Origin: an uncultured Planctomycetota bacterium
GTDB lineage: Bacteria; Planctomycetota; Planctomycetia; Isosphaerales; Isosphaeraceae
NCBI GenBank assembly: GCA_963823665.1
Contig: CAWGMQ010000007.1
Coordinates: 832,001 to 896,000 of the forward strand
Direction of reading: 5' to 3'
DNA length: 64,000 nt
Shown piece after piece: positions 11,657 through 20,568 of the stretch. Numbering within the stretch: the first letter of the stretch is position 1; every line of letters begins with the position of its first letter. The position numbers were made by a program, and so were the translations under genes. The notes beneath the pieces were generated by a model that was not told the DNA's origin, made no database searches, and saw only the letters and a program-made list of their open reading frames with translations.

Positions 11657-11837
11657 CGTTGCGTCCCTCAAGAGTTGTTGGTGCACAGCCGGATGACTGG
11701 TCAATTCCCAAGGGTCAACCGCCAACGGCTCGCACGATGCGCAACGAAATCGGGCGTGGGGACTGATGAACTGGCCCGCGACCCGCGATAAAATGCCAAC
11801 CTACCTGGTGCTTCAGTCCCCGAGATGGAGAACCTTC

Positions 11838-12542
11838 GTGGACGAGACGAGTTCCCCCGGAGACGACGGAAAGGCTCCGCCGATCGACACGCAGGAGCAC
11901 CCGGCTGGATCAGTCACCCAATGGATCGGCGACCTGAAAACCGGCGACGAGCAAGCAGTCCAGCCGCTGTGGGACCGATATTTCGCCAGCTTGGTCCAGC
12001 GGGCGCGGACGAAGCTGCGCGCGATCCGCAGCTCGACCGCGGTCAACGACGAAGAGGACGTCGCGTTAAGCGCGTTCCAGTCGCTGTATGAGGGTATTCG
12101 TGAAGGCCGATTCCCGCGGCTCGAGGACCGCGACGACCTTTGGCGGCTGCTCGTCCACTTGACCGCGTGCAAGGCCGTGGACCGTCATCGCGCCGAAAAT
12201 CGCCAGAAGCGAGGCGGCGGAAAGGCACTGCGAGAAGTCGACCTGCTCGCGGCCGGCGCCTCGGATCTGGACGAGGCGAACCCGCTCGAGCGGATCGTCG
12301 GCAGCGAGCCGAGCCCGGATTTCGCCGCCATGGTCGCCGAAGAATACGCCCACCGGCTCGACGCACTGGGCGACGCGACGTTGCGCCGGATCGCCGAGCT
12401 CAAGCTGGCGTGCCACAGCAACGACGAAATCCGCCAGCAGCTTGGCTGCTCGCTCCGCAGCGTCACGCTCAAGCTCGAGCTCATCCGAAAGATCTGGCGG
12501 GGCGGAAATCCGAAATCCGAAACGCGAAATCCGAAGGCGTGA
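11838..12542 (+). CDS. ECF-type sigma factor, planctomycete-type
   Basis: GSVTQWIGDLKTGDEQAVQPLWDRYF, DEEDVALSAF, DLWRLL, KRGGG, EPSPDFAAMVAEE and a region 4 HTH. GTG start follows GGAG. Confidence 0.9.
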   Translation: MDETSSPGDDGKAPPIDTQEHPAGSVTQWIGDLKTGDEQAVQPLWDRYFASLVQRARTKLRAIRSSTAVNDEEDVALSAFQSLYEGIREGRFPRLEDRDDLWRLLVHLTACKAVDRHRAENRQKRGGGKALREVDLLAAGASDLDEANPLERIVGSEPSPDFAAMVAEEYAHRLDALGDATLRRIAELKLACHSNDEIRQQLGCSLRSVTLKLELIRKIWRGGNPKSETRNPKA

Positions 12543-12549
12543 ATCTCTC

Positions 12550-14022
12550 TCAGGCCAGAAGCTTCGTGACCACGTTACCGGCAACGTCCGTCAGCCGGAA
12601 GTCCCGGCCCTGGAACCGGAATGTCAGCTTCGTGTGTTCCAGGCCGAGCAGGTGCAGGATCGTGGCCTGGACGTCGTGGATGTGAACGCGGTCGGAGACT
12701 GGGGCGAAACCGAACTCGTCGGTCTCACCCAGGGTGAAACCTGCTTTCACGCCGCCGCCGGCCATCCACATCGTCATCGCGTCGATATGATGGTTGCGGC
12801 CCACCGTTTCGCGAATTTCGCCCATGGGGGTGCGTCCGAATTCGCCGCCCCAGACCACCAGCGTGTTTTCGAGCAGGCCGCGAGATTTCAAGTCCTTGAT
12901 CAGGGCCGCACAGGGCTGATCGATGTCGCGGCAGACCTGGTCCAGGTCGCGCGTCAGCGTCTGGCCGGGAACGCCGTGGTGGTCCCAGTCGGTGTGATAG
13001 AGCTGCACAAATCGCACGCCGCGCTCGACCAGACGGCGGGCGAGCAGGCAGTTGTTGGCAAACGACGCCCTGCCGGGGACCGCGCCGTAGAGATTGAGCG
13101 TCGCGGGTGTCTCCGAGGCGAGGTCGATCAGTTCCGGAGCACTCGTCTGCATCCGCGCTGCGATCTCGTAGGCTGTGATCCGCGTGGCGATCTCAGGATC
13201 GGCCGTCGCATCCAGGCGGGCCTGGTTGAGCGCGACCACCGCGTCGATCGCGCGCCGCTGCTGCGCCGTTGAAATTCCAGGCGGCGTGCTCAGGTTCAAG
13301 ATCGGCTCGCCCCCGCTCCGCAGCGGCACGCCCTGATAGGAAGAGGGCAGGAAACCGCTTCCCCAGTTGACGGCCCCGCCGCGCGGCCCGCGCGAGCCCG
13401 ACTGCAACACCACGAAGCCGGGCAGATCGGCCGACTCGCTGCCGATACCGTAAGTAACCCAGGCGCCCATACTCGGCCGCCCGAACTGCGCTGTGCCGGT
13501 ATTGGCGAAAAGCTTGGCCGGCGCATGATTGAAGACGTCGGTCGCTGCCGATTTCACGATTGCCAGGTCGTCGACAACTTCAGTCATGTGCGGCAAGAGA
13601 TTCGAAACCCACGCACCCGATCCACCGTGCCGGGCGAACGAACGATAAGTTCCCAGCAACCTGGGATGCTCTTTCGTGAACATATCCATGAACGCGAATC
13701 GACGGCCCTGTATGAACGAGTCCGGAATCGGCTGGCCGCTAAATTTCTGAAGCTCCGGCTTGAAGTCGAACAGCTCGAGCTGGCTGGGGCCGCCGGCCAT
13801 GAACAGGTAAATCACGCTCTTCGCCCGCGCCGGGAAATGCCCGGGCCTGGGCGCGAGCGGGTCGCGACTGCGCTCGGCGGCCGACGCCGGCCGGTCGCCG
13901 GCCAAGAGTGTGGATAAAGCAGCCGCGCCCAGCCCAAGGCCACACTCCGCGAAAAAGTGGCGGCGTGTTTTATGATGCAACGCGCGGGCAAGCATCTCTT
14001 CGGCGTTCAAACGGGCGGCCAT
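12550..14022 (-). CDS. DUF1501 family protein
   Basis: Tat-like TRRHFF, AKSVIYLFMAGGPSQLELFDFKP, FNHAPA, LARRLVERGVRFV, WDHH, WGGEFGRTP, GRDFRLTDV. Confidence 0.93.
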   Translation of the reverse strand: MAARLNAEEMLARALHHKTRRHFFAECGLGLGAAALSTLLAGDRPASAAERSRDPLAPRPGHFPARAKSVIYLFMAGGPSQLELFDFKPELQKFSGQPIPDSFIQGRRFAFMDMFTKEHPRLLGTYRSFARHGGSGAWVSNLLPHMTEVVDDLAIVKSAATDVFNHAPAKLFANTGTAQFGRPSMGAWVTYGIGSESADLPGFVVLQSGSRGPRGGAVNWGSGFLPSSYQGVPLRSGGEPILNLSTPPGISTAQQRRAIDAVVALNQARLDATADPEIATRITAYEIAARMQTSAPELIDLASETPATLNLYGAVPGRASFANNCLLARRLVERGVRFVQLYHTDWDHHGVPGQTLTRDLDQVCRDIDQPCAALIKDLKSRGLLENTLVVWGGEFGRTPMGEIRETVGRNHHIDAMTMWMAGGGVKAGFTLGETDEFGFAPVSDRVHIHDVQATILHLLGLEHTKLTFRFQGRDFRLTDVAGNVVTKLLA

Positions 14023-14040
14023 GGTCAATGACCCTCTTCC

Positions 14041-16567
14041 TTACTCACGCGTGACGAATTCATCAAGATTGAGCAGGACCCGGGCCACCGTGACCCACGG
14101 GGATTTGTCCGACGACGGGCCTGCGCCGGGTGCACTCACCTGGGGGTCCGTTTTCAGCTCGTTGCGCTCCTGCGCAAGCACATTCTCGAGAGTTTTGAGC
14201 TCACCCGCGGAGGCAGGGCGGCCCAGGCAGAGCAAGAAGCGCTCGCTCGAGGCGATCGCGGTCCGTGGCGGGGGCCGGCCGTTCGGCAAGGATGCGCGCG
14301 GCCAGAGCCTGGGCGATCTCGACTGATGCCGGGTCGTTCAGAAGCGTCAGCGCCTGGAGCGGCGTGTTGGATCGCAATCGCCGCGTGCACGACTGCACGC
14401 CGCCGGGAGCGTCGAAGGTCGTCAGGAACGGATGGGGCGTGGCGCGCCAGAAGTAGGTGTAAAGTCCGCGACGAAAGCGGTTCGGGCCGATGTCCGCCAC
14501 CCAGGGACGCTTCATCTGGCCCAGGGTCATCACTCCTTCGGGCTGGGGCGGGAAGACACTCGGGCCGCCAATCTTTGTCGTGAGCAGACCGCTGCACTGT
14601 AACGCCGCGTCTCGAATCAGCTCGGCATCCAGCCGCAGCCGCGATTGCCGCCAGAGCAAGCGGTTGTCGGGATCGACCGCGTGCGCGCCCTTCCGGTGGC
14701 GCGACGACTGGCGATAGGTCGCCGAGCCCACGATCAGCTTGTGGATCCGCTTTTCGTTCCAGCCGCAATCCATCAGCTCGCAAGCGAGCCAATCGAGCAG
14801 CTCGGGATGGCTGGGGTAAGAGCCCTGGGTGCCGAAATCGTTATCGGTCTCCACGAGCCCGCGCCCGAAGTAGACCTGCCAGATCCGGTTGACCACCACA
14901 CGGGCCGTGAGCGGGTTGCGGCGATCGACGAGCCAGCGTGCCAGGTCGAGACGGTCAGGAGGCGTCCCCGGACTCTCGTTCACGAGAGGGGGCAACACAC
15001 GCGGCGCGCCCGGGTCGACGCGGTCGCCCTTGCGCGTGAAGTCGCCTCCCAGGTGGATGTGGGTGGGCCGCGGGGTCCCCTTGTGCTCGCTCACCACCAT
15101 CGTCTTGACGAACTTGGGCTCGGCGGCGCGGAGCTTCACAAGCGATTCAAATTCGGGCCGAAACACGCTGTCTTGCGCCATCAATAGCTCGATGAGCGCA
15201 CTTCGCTGTGCCGTCGACCGCTTTTCGCGCGGCAAATCGAATGCGACCCGCACGTCGGGATCCTGCGCCTGAGTGAACTCGAGTTTGAGCGTCTTCTCCC
15301 AGTTCCGCTCGCGCTCATCCAGGTCGGGGTATTTCCTGGCGAGCACACGATGGAGCTCGTTGATCTGAGCGCGCACCTTGCGCCGGGCTTCGATCTGGCG
15401 CGGACTGGCAAGCTCGAGCTCGGGCTCATCGACATTGTTGAAGAACGCGAAGAGCTGATAATACTCGCGCTGCGATATCGGGTCGTACTTATGATCGTGG
15501 CACTGGGCGCAGCCGACCGTGAGGCCGAGGAAGACCGTACCGGTGGTGTTGACGCGATCGACGATCGAATCGACCCGGAACTGCTCGACGTCGATCCCCC
15601 CCTCCTGGTTGATCAGCGTATTTCGATGAAACCCCGTGGCGATGCGCGGGGCGAAGGCGTCGCCCGGGCAGAGGTCGCCGGCAAGCTGCTCAGTGGCGAA
15701 CCGGTCGAACGGCATGCCGGCATTGATGGCCACGATGACCCAGTCGCGATACTTCCAGATCGAGCGGGGAGCGTCGATGCTGTATCCGTTGGAATCAGCG
15801 TACCGCGCCTGATCGAGCCAGAGCCGCGCCCAGCGCTCGCCGAAGTGAGGCGACTCGAGCAGCCTGTCCACGACTCGCTCGGCCGCACCCGGCGCAGTGT
15901 CGCTCACAAAGGCGTCGACTTCGTCGGGCGAGGGGGGCAAGCCGGTCAAGTCGAGGCTGAGCCTGCGGAGCAAGGTCCGCCGATCGGCTTCGGGCGAGGG
16001 CCGAAGGTGAGCTTCTTCGAGGCGCGACTGAATGAAGGAATCAATGGGGTTGCGAGACCAGCCGGTGCGAGAGAATTTCGGCAATGCCGGATTCGCGGGC
16101 GGCACGAACGCCCAGTGCACCTTGGCCGGCGGCACGCCCGGTTTTTCGCCGGGCTGGGCCTTCGCCCCCTGGTCGATCCAGGCTTCGATGAGCTTGATCT
16201 CGGCCTCCGGTAGCGGCGGCCGGTTGAGGGGCATCCGATCGCCCGCCCCGTCGCCCCTCAGGGCTTCAATCAGTGGGCTCGAAGCGCCTTTGCCGGGCAA
16301 GACCACCGGCCCGCCCTTGCCGCCGGTCATCGCCGCTGCGGCCGTGTCCAGTCGCAGTCCGCCGCGCGGCTTGGCCGCGCCGTGGCAGCTCACGCAATGA
16401 CGGGTCAAGATCGGCTTGATCTGGCTCGTGTAATCAATCGATTTCGGCGGGGATGACGACGGCCCGTCGCCGGCTTTCGCAGCGAGTGCGAAATAAGCGG
16501 CAAAGAGCGCCGGAGCGAGCGAGACCACGGTGAAAAACGCCCCGATTCGAGGGTGCAACTTGCCCAT
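14041..16567 (-). CDS. PSD1/DUF1549/DUF1553 planctomycete cytochrome c protein (frameshift near 14240)
   Basis: CxxCH motifs CVSCHG and CAQCHDH, HWAF, NPIDSFI, WLDQARYADSNG, NPLTARVVVNRIW, SHPELLDWLA, NTPLQAL. C-terminal VARVLLNLDEFVTRE is in a second frame. Confidence 0.92.
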
Positions 16568-16809
16568 TCGAGGAATCGCCGGCGGTGGTGAGGAAAGAAA
16601 TCGGCGTGAGGGATATTCGGCTGGATCAAGAGTCCCAGCCGCGCAGGATCGCAGAACACCTATCAAGATACCGCAATCGACCGACAATAAGCCAGCACTT
16701 TCGTGGAAACGCCGCTCGGAGCCGAGCCCGCGAACGGGTCTGACTCTCGGGCGAAGATCGACCGATGGGGCTTCCCGGTCGCAGCGTGATACATAAGTCG
16801 TATCCAACA

Positions 16810-17511
16810 TCACGAGCTCGGAACGACGCATGTGCTGCTCCGCGTTCCGCCCGCGCTCGAGTCGCTCGCAGCGCCAATACGCTGCTCAATCATCTCAATC
16901 ATCTCCTCCACTTCAAGAATGCGCTCTTCCAGGTCCGAGAACTTGGAACCCGCGATAAGGTCCGAGAAAACGGCCCGGGCTGCCTTCAACCGGACCGCTT
17001 CGGAGTCGCTTTCGACCGCAATCCTGACGATGATTTCCGCCGCCCGTGCCGTGTTCGGCGTCATTCGGCCGAGGGCCCGACTCATCAGACGCCGGCGACA
17101 ATTCGCGACCTCCTTGCGAACCTCCGGCTCACGTGCCCACCGCTGGGCCGTCCGCTCGGCGACCCCGTTCTTCCGCGCCCACGCCGCGACAGATTGGCCG
17201 CGCGCGATAGCAACTCCAAGCGAGGATTTCTTTTCTTCCATCTCGGAAGCTACTTCATGCATTTCGGCCGTGTTCCGCCACGACGGCTGGGTGGTCTCCA
17301 GGTACGGCCCGTCCGTGATGGGCACCCTACCATCGGGCTTCGCCCGCAGCGACTTCGCGCTGCGAGCCGGGTGCAGGCCGCCCGCGAAAACCCTGACACC
17401 AGCAGCAATCATCTCTTCGTTGAGCACGTCGATATCGCGCTCCATCTCTTCGTCCTCTGCGATGGCTGGGTCGTAATCGTCGGGGTGGTGAATAGCAACC
17501 AAATACTGCAT
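16810..17511 (-). CDS. Chimeric ORF: truncated YciI/DGPF-like N-terminus fused to an HTH plus helical domain
   Basis: The first ~73 aa match YciI-like proteins up to TDGPYLET. The remainder GQSVAAWARKNGVAERTAQRW...VRLKAARAV...LEERILEVE is HTH plus helical. Confidence 0.6.
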   Translation of the reverse strand: MQYLVAIHHPDDYDPAIAEDEEMERDIDVLNEEMIAAGVRVFAGGLHPARSAKSLRAKPDGRVPITDGPYLETTQPSWRNTAEMHEVASEMEEKKSSLGVAIARGQSVAAWARKNGVAERTAQRWAREPEVRKEVANCRRRLMSRALGRMTPNTARAAEIIVRIAVESDSEAVRLKAARAVFSDLIAGSKFSDLEERILEVEEMIEMIEQRIGAASDSSAGGTRSSTCVVPSS

Positions 17512-17652
17512 GATGAGTTCTCCAATGACGGTCTTCGAGTGGCCCGTTACTCTGACTTCACCATGTTAGACGAATGGCCGGACCGGAATTCGACAACCCG
17601 ATTATACTTGTGATCTGCCGCGGCGGTAGCCTGGGCAGCAGGAGGGGAAACT

Positions 17653-18474
17653 GTGGAGCCAAAGCTTGCCGCGGGCATGTTTTACGGGAAAACACAACGT
17701 CAGCGCCGCGTTCTTGGCCTCGGACTAGCGGAATCTCTGTACTCACCGTCTTTCACTATTCCCAGGCACTCCCACGAGTCGGCCTACTTCGGGCTGGTCT
17801 TGCAAGGGAACTATCTCGAAACCTACGACGGCCGGACACGCGAGTGCGGGCCTTCTACGCTGCTGTTTCACCCCGCCGGAGAACTCCATGCCGAGCGCCA
17901 CGACGACGTGCTCGTGCGCATCTTCAGCATCGAACTCTCACCGGCGTGGCGTGACCGCCTGCCCGAGCACGCTGCCGCCCTGCGTACTCCCGGCTGCTTC
18001 CGATCGGGGGCGTTCGTCCGGCTAGCGCTCAGACTGTACGAAGAGTTCCAGACAAACGACCCGGTGGCGCCCCTGGCGATCGAGGGCTTGATGCTGGAAC
18101 TCCTGGCGGAAACGTGCCGGGAGTGTGGACGTTCCGACGATTCACGTGCGCCGCGCTGGCTGAGCCAGGTGCGAGACTTCCTGACAGAGCAGTGCACGGC
18201 GAGCCTATCCTTGGTGCAGATCGCCAGCTCGGTGAACGTTCATCCCACTCATCTGTGCCGTGCCTTTCGCCAGCATTACAACTGCACCCCCGGCGATTTC
18301 GTTCGTCAGTTGCGGATCGAACGCGCACGGCACTACCTCGCGGAGTCCGACACCCCGCTGGCCGAAATCGCTCTCCGGGTCGGGTACAGCGACCAGAGCC
18401 ACTTCACGACAGCGTTCAAGCGCCTGACCGGCCTCACGCCGTCTCAGTTCCGCAAGACAAGCCGAGATCGCTAA
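17653..18474 (+). CDS. AraC family transcriptional regulator
   Basis: Cupin PRHSHE and C-terminal VHPTHLCRAFRQ...LAEIALRVGYSDQSHFTTAFKRLTGLTPSQFR. Confidence 0.93.
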   Translation: MEPKLAAGMFYGKTQRQRRVLGLGLAESLYSPSFTIPRHSHESAYFGLVLQGNYLETYDGRTRECGPSTLLFHPAGELHAERHDDVLVRIFSIELSPAWRDRLPEHAAALRTPGCFRSGAFVRLALRLYEEFQTNDPVAPLAIEGLMLELLAETCRECGRSDDSRAPRWLSQVRDFLTEQCTASLSLVQIASSVNVHPTHLCRAFRQHYNCTPGDFVRQLRIERARHYLAESDTPLAEIALRVGYSDQSHFTTAFKRLTGLTPSQFRKTSRDR

Positions 18475-18503
18475 TCGAACGCAAGTCGCTAATCCCAGAC
18501 AAG
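18468..18503 (+). promoter_or_regulatory. Candidate AraC operator, 18-bp direct repeat TCGCTAATC-N5-CAAG x2
   Basis: tcgctaatcgaacgcaag tcgctaatcccagacaag overlapping the araC stop; conserved again at 19370..19405. Confidence 0.5.
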
Positions 18504-18606
18504 ACGCGGACGTCGGTTCGCGTGGAAACTGGGCTCGTAGGCGGACCCACCACCTCTCGGCCTGGTGGCCGGCTCGGCAGCGTCGGCGCAAACGGAGGCT
18601 TTACCG

Positions 18607-19313
18607 ATGCTGAACATTCGATGCGCCGCGGCGGCGCTATTCTGCTTCACGTCGCTAGCGTTACTGCCCCAGGACAAGACACCGTCACCTTCGAGTCGGC
18701 CGGCCCAGAACCAGCCAGCGCTCGAGTTGCCGGATACCCCAGCAAGCAAGCGACTCGCCGACTTTCTGAAGGCGTTCAACTCTGGCCGAACCGAATCGCT
18801 GCGGCAGTTTTTCACGACTATGATTACATCCGGGAGCACGTCTACGGTCCGGCAGGCATGACGAATTCCGACAGCTACGATCTCGATTCTGACGTGCCGA
18901 ACCTGGCAGCGGGCTACATTGACGGCCCCAACGGAACGCGCCGCAACAATGTCTTCACCCAACCCGTCAAGGGCCTGCCGTATGGCCTCGGATACTCGAC
19001 GGTGGGGGATCTGCTGAAGTTTGGCGACGCGCTTCGCAACCACCGACTGCTCAACGCAAAATCGATCGCCATCATCTGGAAGCGTAAAACCGACCACCTC
19101 CGGGGTAGCCAACGGTACGGCTACGGCTTCTTTATCAGCCGATACAACGGCGCTCGCGCTGTGGGACATGGCGGCGGGTGCGCCGGCGCCACGAACCAGA
19201 TGGATATGTTCCCCGACCTCGGCTACACGTACATAGTCCTGTCGAATTACGATGCCGACACTCCGGCCATCTCGTTCAAGCTTCGGGAATGGATAATCCA
19301 AGGTCATCAGTGA
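18607..19313 (+). pseudogene. Internally deleted serine hydrolase (beta-lactamase/PBP-like) remnant
   Basis: Signal peptide plus ELPDTPASKRLADFLKAFNSG is joined out of frame to the C-terminal half (YDYIREHVYGPAGMT, YSTVGDLLKF, YGYGF, VGHGGG). No SxxK or YxN region is present. Confidence 0.72.
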
Positions 19314-19369
19314 CTGACACTCCGCCTGGCTGGCCTCACCCCCTCCCGATTCCGCAAGATGAGCCGAAA

Positions 19370-19405
19370 TCGCTAATCGCACGCAAGTCGTTAATCTCGG
19401 GCAAG
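19370..19405 (+). promoter_or_regulatory. Second copy of the candidate AraC operator
   Basis: tcgctaatcgcacgcaag tcgttaatctcgggcaag, inside a degenerate copy of the araC 3' end. Confidence 0.48.
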
Positions 19406-19508
19406 ACCCGACTGCGACCCTCGCGTAAAGTTACCGCGTAACTGGACCAGATGCACGCCGGCCCGGCGGCGGGTCCAGGAGGCCTGAACGCGAACGGAGA
19501 TCCTTCAA

Positions 19509-20279
19509 ATGCTGAACTTCCGTGGTGTCGCCGTCGCTACTCTTTTCTTGTCGTTTGTCACGCTGCCGGTTTCCGCACAGGAGCCGGGGCGTAAGCTGTC
19601 TAACGCGGCCACTGGTCGCCACCGTCTCTCCATGGTGGGAATGGTCGCGCCGGCCGACGAGGGCTCGTCGTACCAGTATGTCGATCTCGGGCCGAAGGGG
19701 AACCAGGCACTCGGGCAGGACATCGGGGTTGAGGGGAACAACCTGAAGGAGGTCCCGCAGGGCAAGCACGATTTCGCGGGGACGAAGTTCAAGGTCGGCG
19801 AAAAGATGGTCCACGTCCGGGGGGCGAGCAAGCCCGAGTTGCCCGAGAAGGTCGAGGGGATCAAGGTCGGCGCCAGGTTCGACAAGCTTCACATCCTCCA
19901 GTCCACGGAGTTCGGCGAAATGTCCGGCAAAGTCGAGGACGGCATTGCGATTGGCGCTTACGTCGTCCATTACGCCGACAAGACCGAAGAGACGATCCGC
20001 ATCGTCTACGGCGAGGACGTGCGCGACTGGTGGGACTCGATGATGGACCAGAACAAGCTAAAGAGGGCCAAAGTCGCCTGGCGGGGCAAGAACAACTGCT
20101 CGGCGGAGAACGGCTACGAGATCCGGCTGTTTTCCGAGGCCTGGACCAACCCCCACCCTGACAAGATGGTCGCCACCATCGACGTCGTCTCGAAGAAGAC
20201 TGCGTGCGCGCCGTTCCTCGTCGCATTGACGCTCGAGACCAAGAGGAAGCGAGTCCCGCCGCGTGGGCCGGTCCGATGA
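19509..20279 (+). CDS. Secreted hypothetical protein with a beta-sandwich-like domain
   Basis: Signal peptide ending VSA-QE, GGAG RBS, motifs KLHILQ, YVVHYADKT, YGEDVRDWW, WTNPHPDK and PFLVALT. Confidence 0.82.
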   Translation: MLNFRGVAVATLFLSFVTLPVSAQEPGRKLSNAATGRHRLSMVGMVAPADEGSSYQYVDLGPKGNQALGQDIGVEGNNLKEVPQGKHDFAGTKFKVGEKMVHVRGASKPELPEKVEGIKVGARFDKLHILQSTEFGEMSGKVEDGIAIGAYVVHYADKTEETIRIVYGEDVRDWWDSMMDQNKLKRAKVAWRGKNNCSAENGYEIRLFSEAWTNPHPDKMVATIDVVSKKTACAPFLVALTLETKRKRVPPRGPVR

Positions 20280-20568
20280 CGCGATGCCGACTCTGACGCC
20301 GCTGGCCGGCCTCAATTCCAATCGAATTCCGCGTCTGCCGCTGCGACCAGGGCTCGCAAGTGCGCGAGCGAGCCGCTTACTTACCGAAACGCGACCTGCG
20401 CGGCCGCCTTGCCCTGAAACCAGCGCCGTGACCAACGCGGCGCAGCGCGCACAAGCGAACTCGATCGACCTGCCGCTGCTTGAACCTGTGACCGAAGTCG
20501 CGCACCGTGTGCACCAGCCCGACTCGTTGGGTTTGCGACGACGCGTCCTATCTTTGCGATGAACGTTT

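Noticed and set aside
12506..12536. gaaatccgaa repeat at the ECF 3' end (NPKSETRNPK)
   Set aside because: Short heptamer-type simple repeat; no function can be supported.
1..12542. Type III-E CRISPR (Csx29/Csx30/RpoE) locus
   Set aside because: TPR-CHAT and a sigma factor are present, but there is no Cas7-11, array or Csx30-like gene, and the CHAT proteins carry signal peptides.
20428..20530. Imperfect ~59-bp duplication between convergent genes
   Set aside because: Too degenerate to distinguish from chance in GC-rich DNA.
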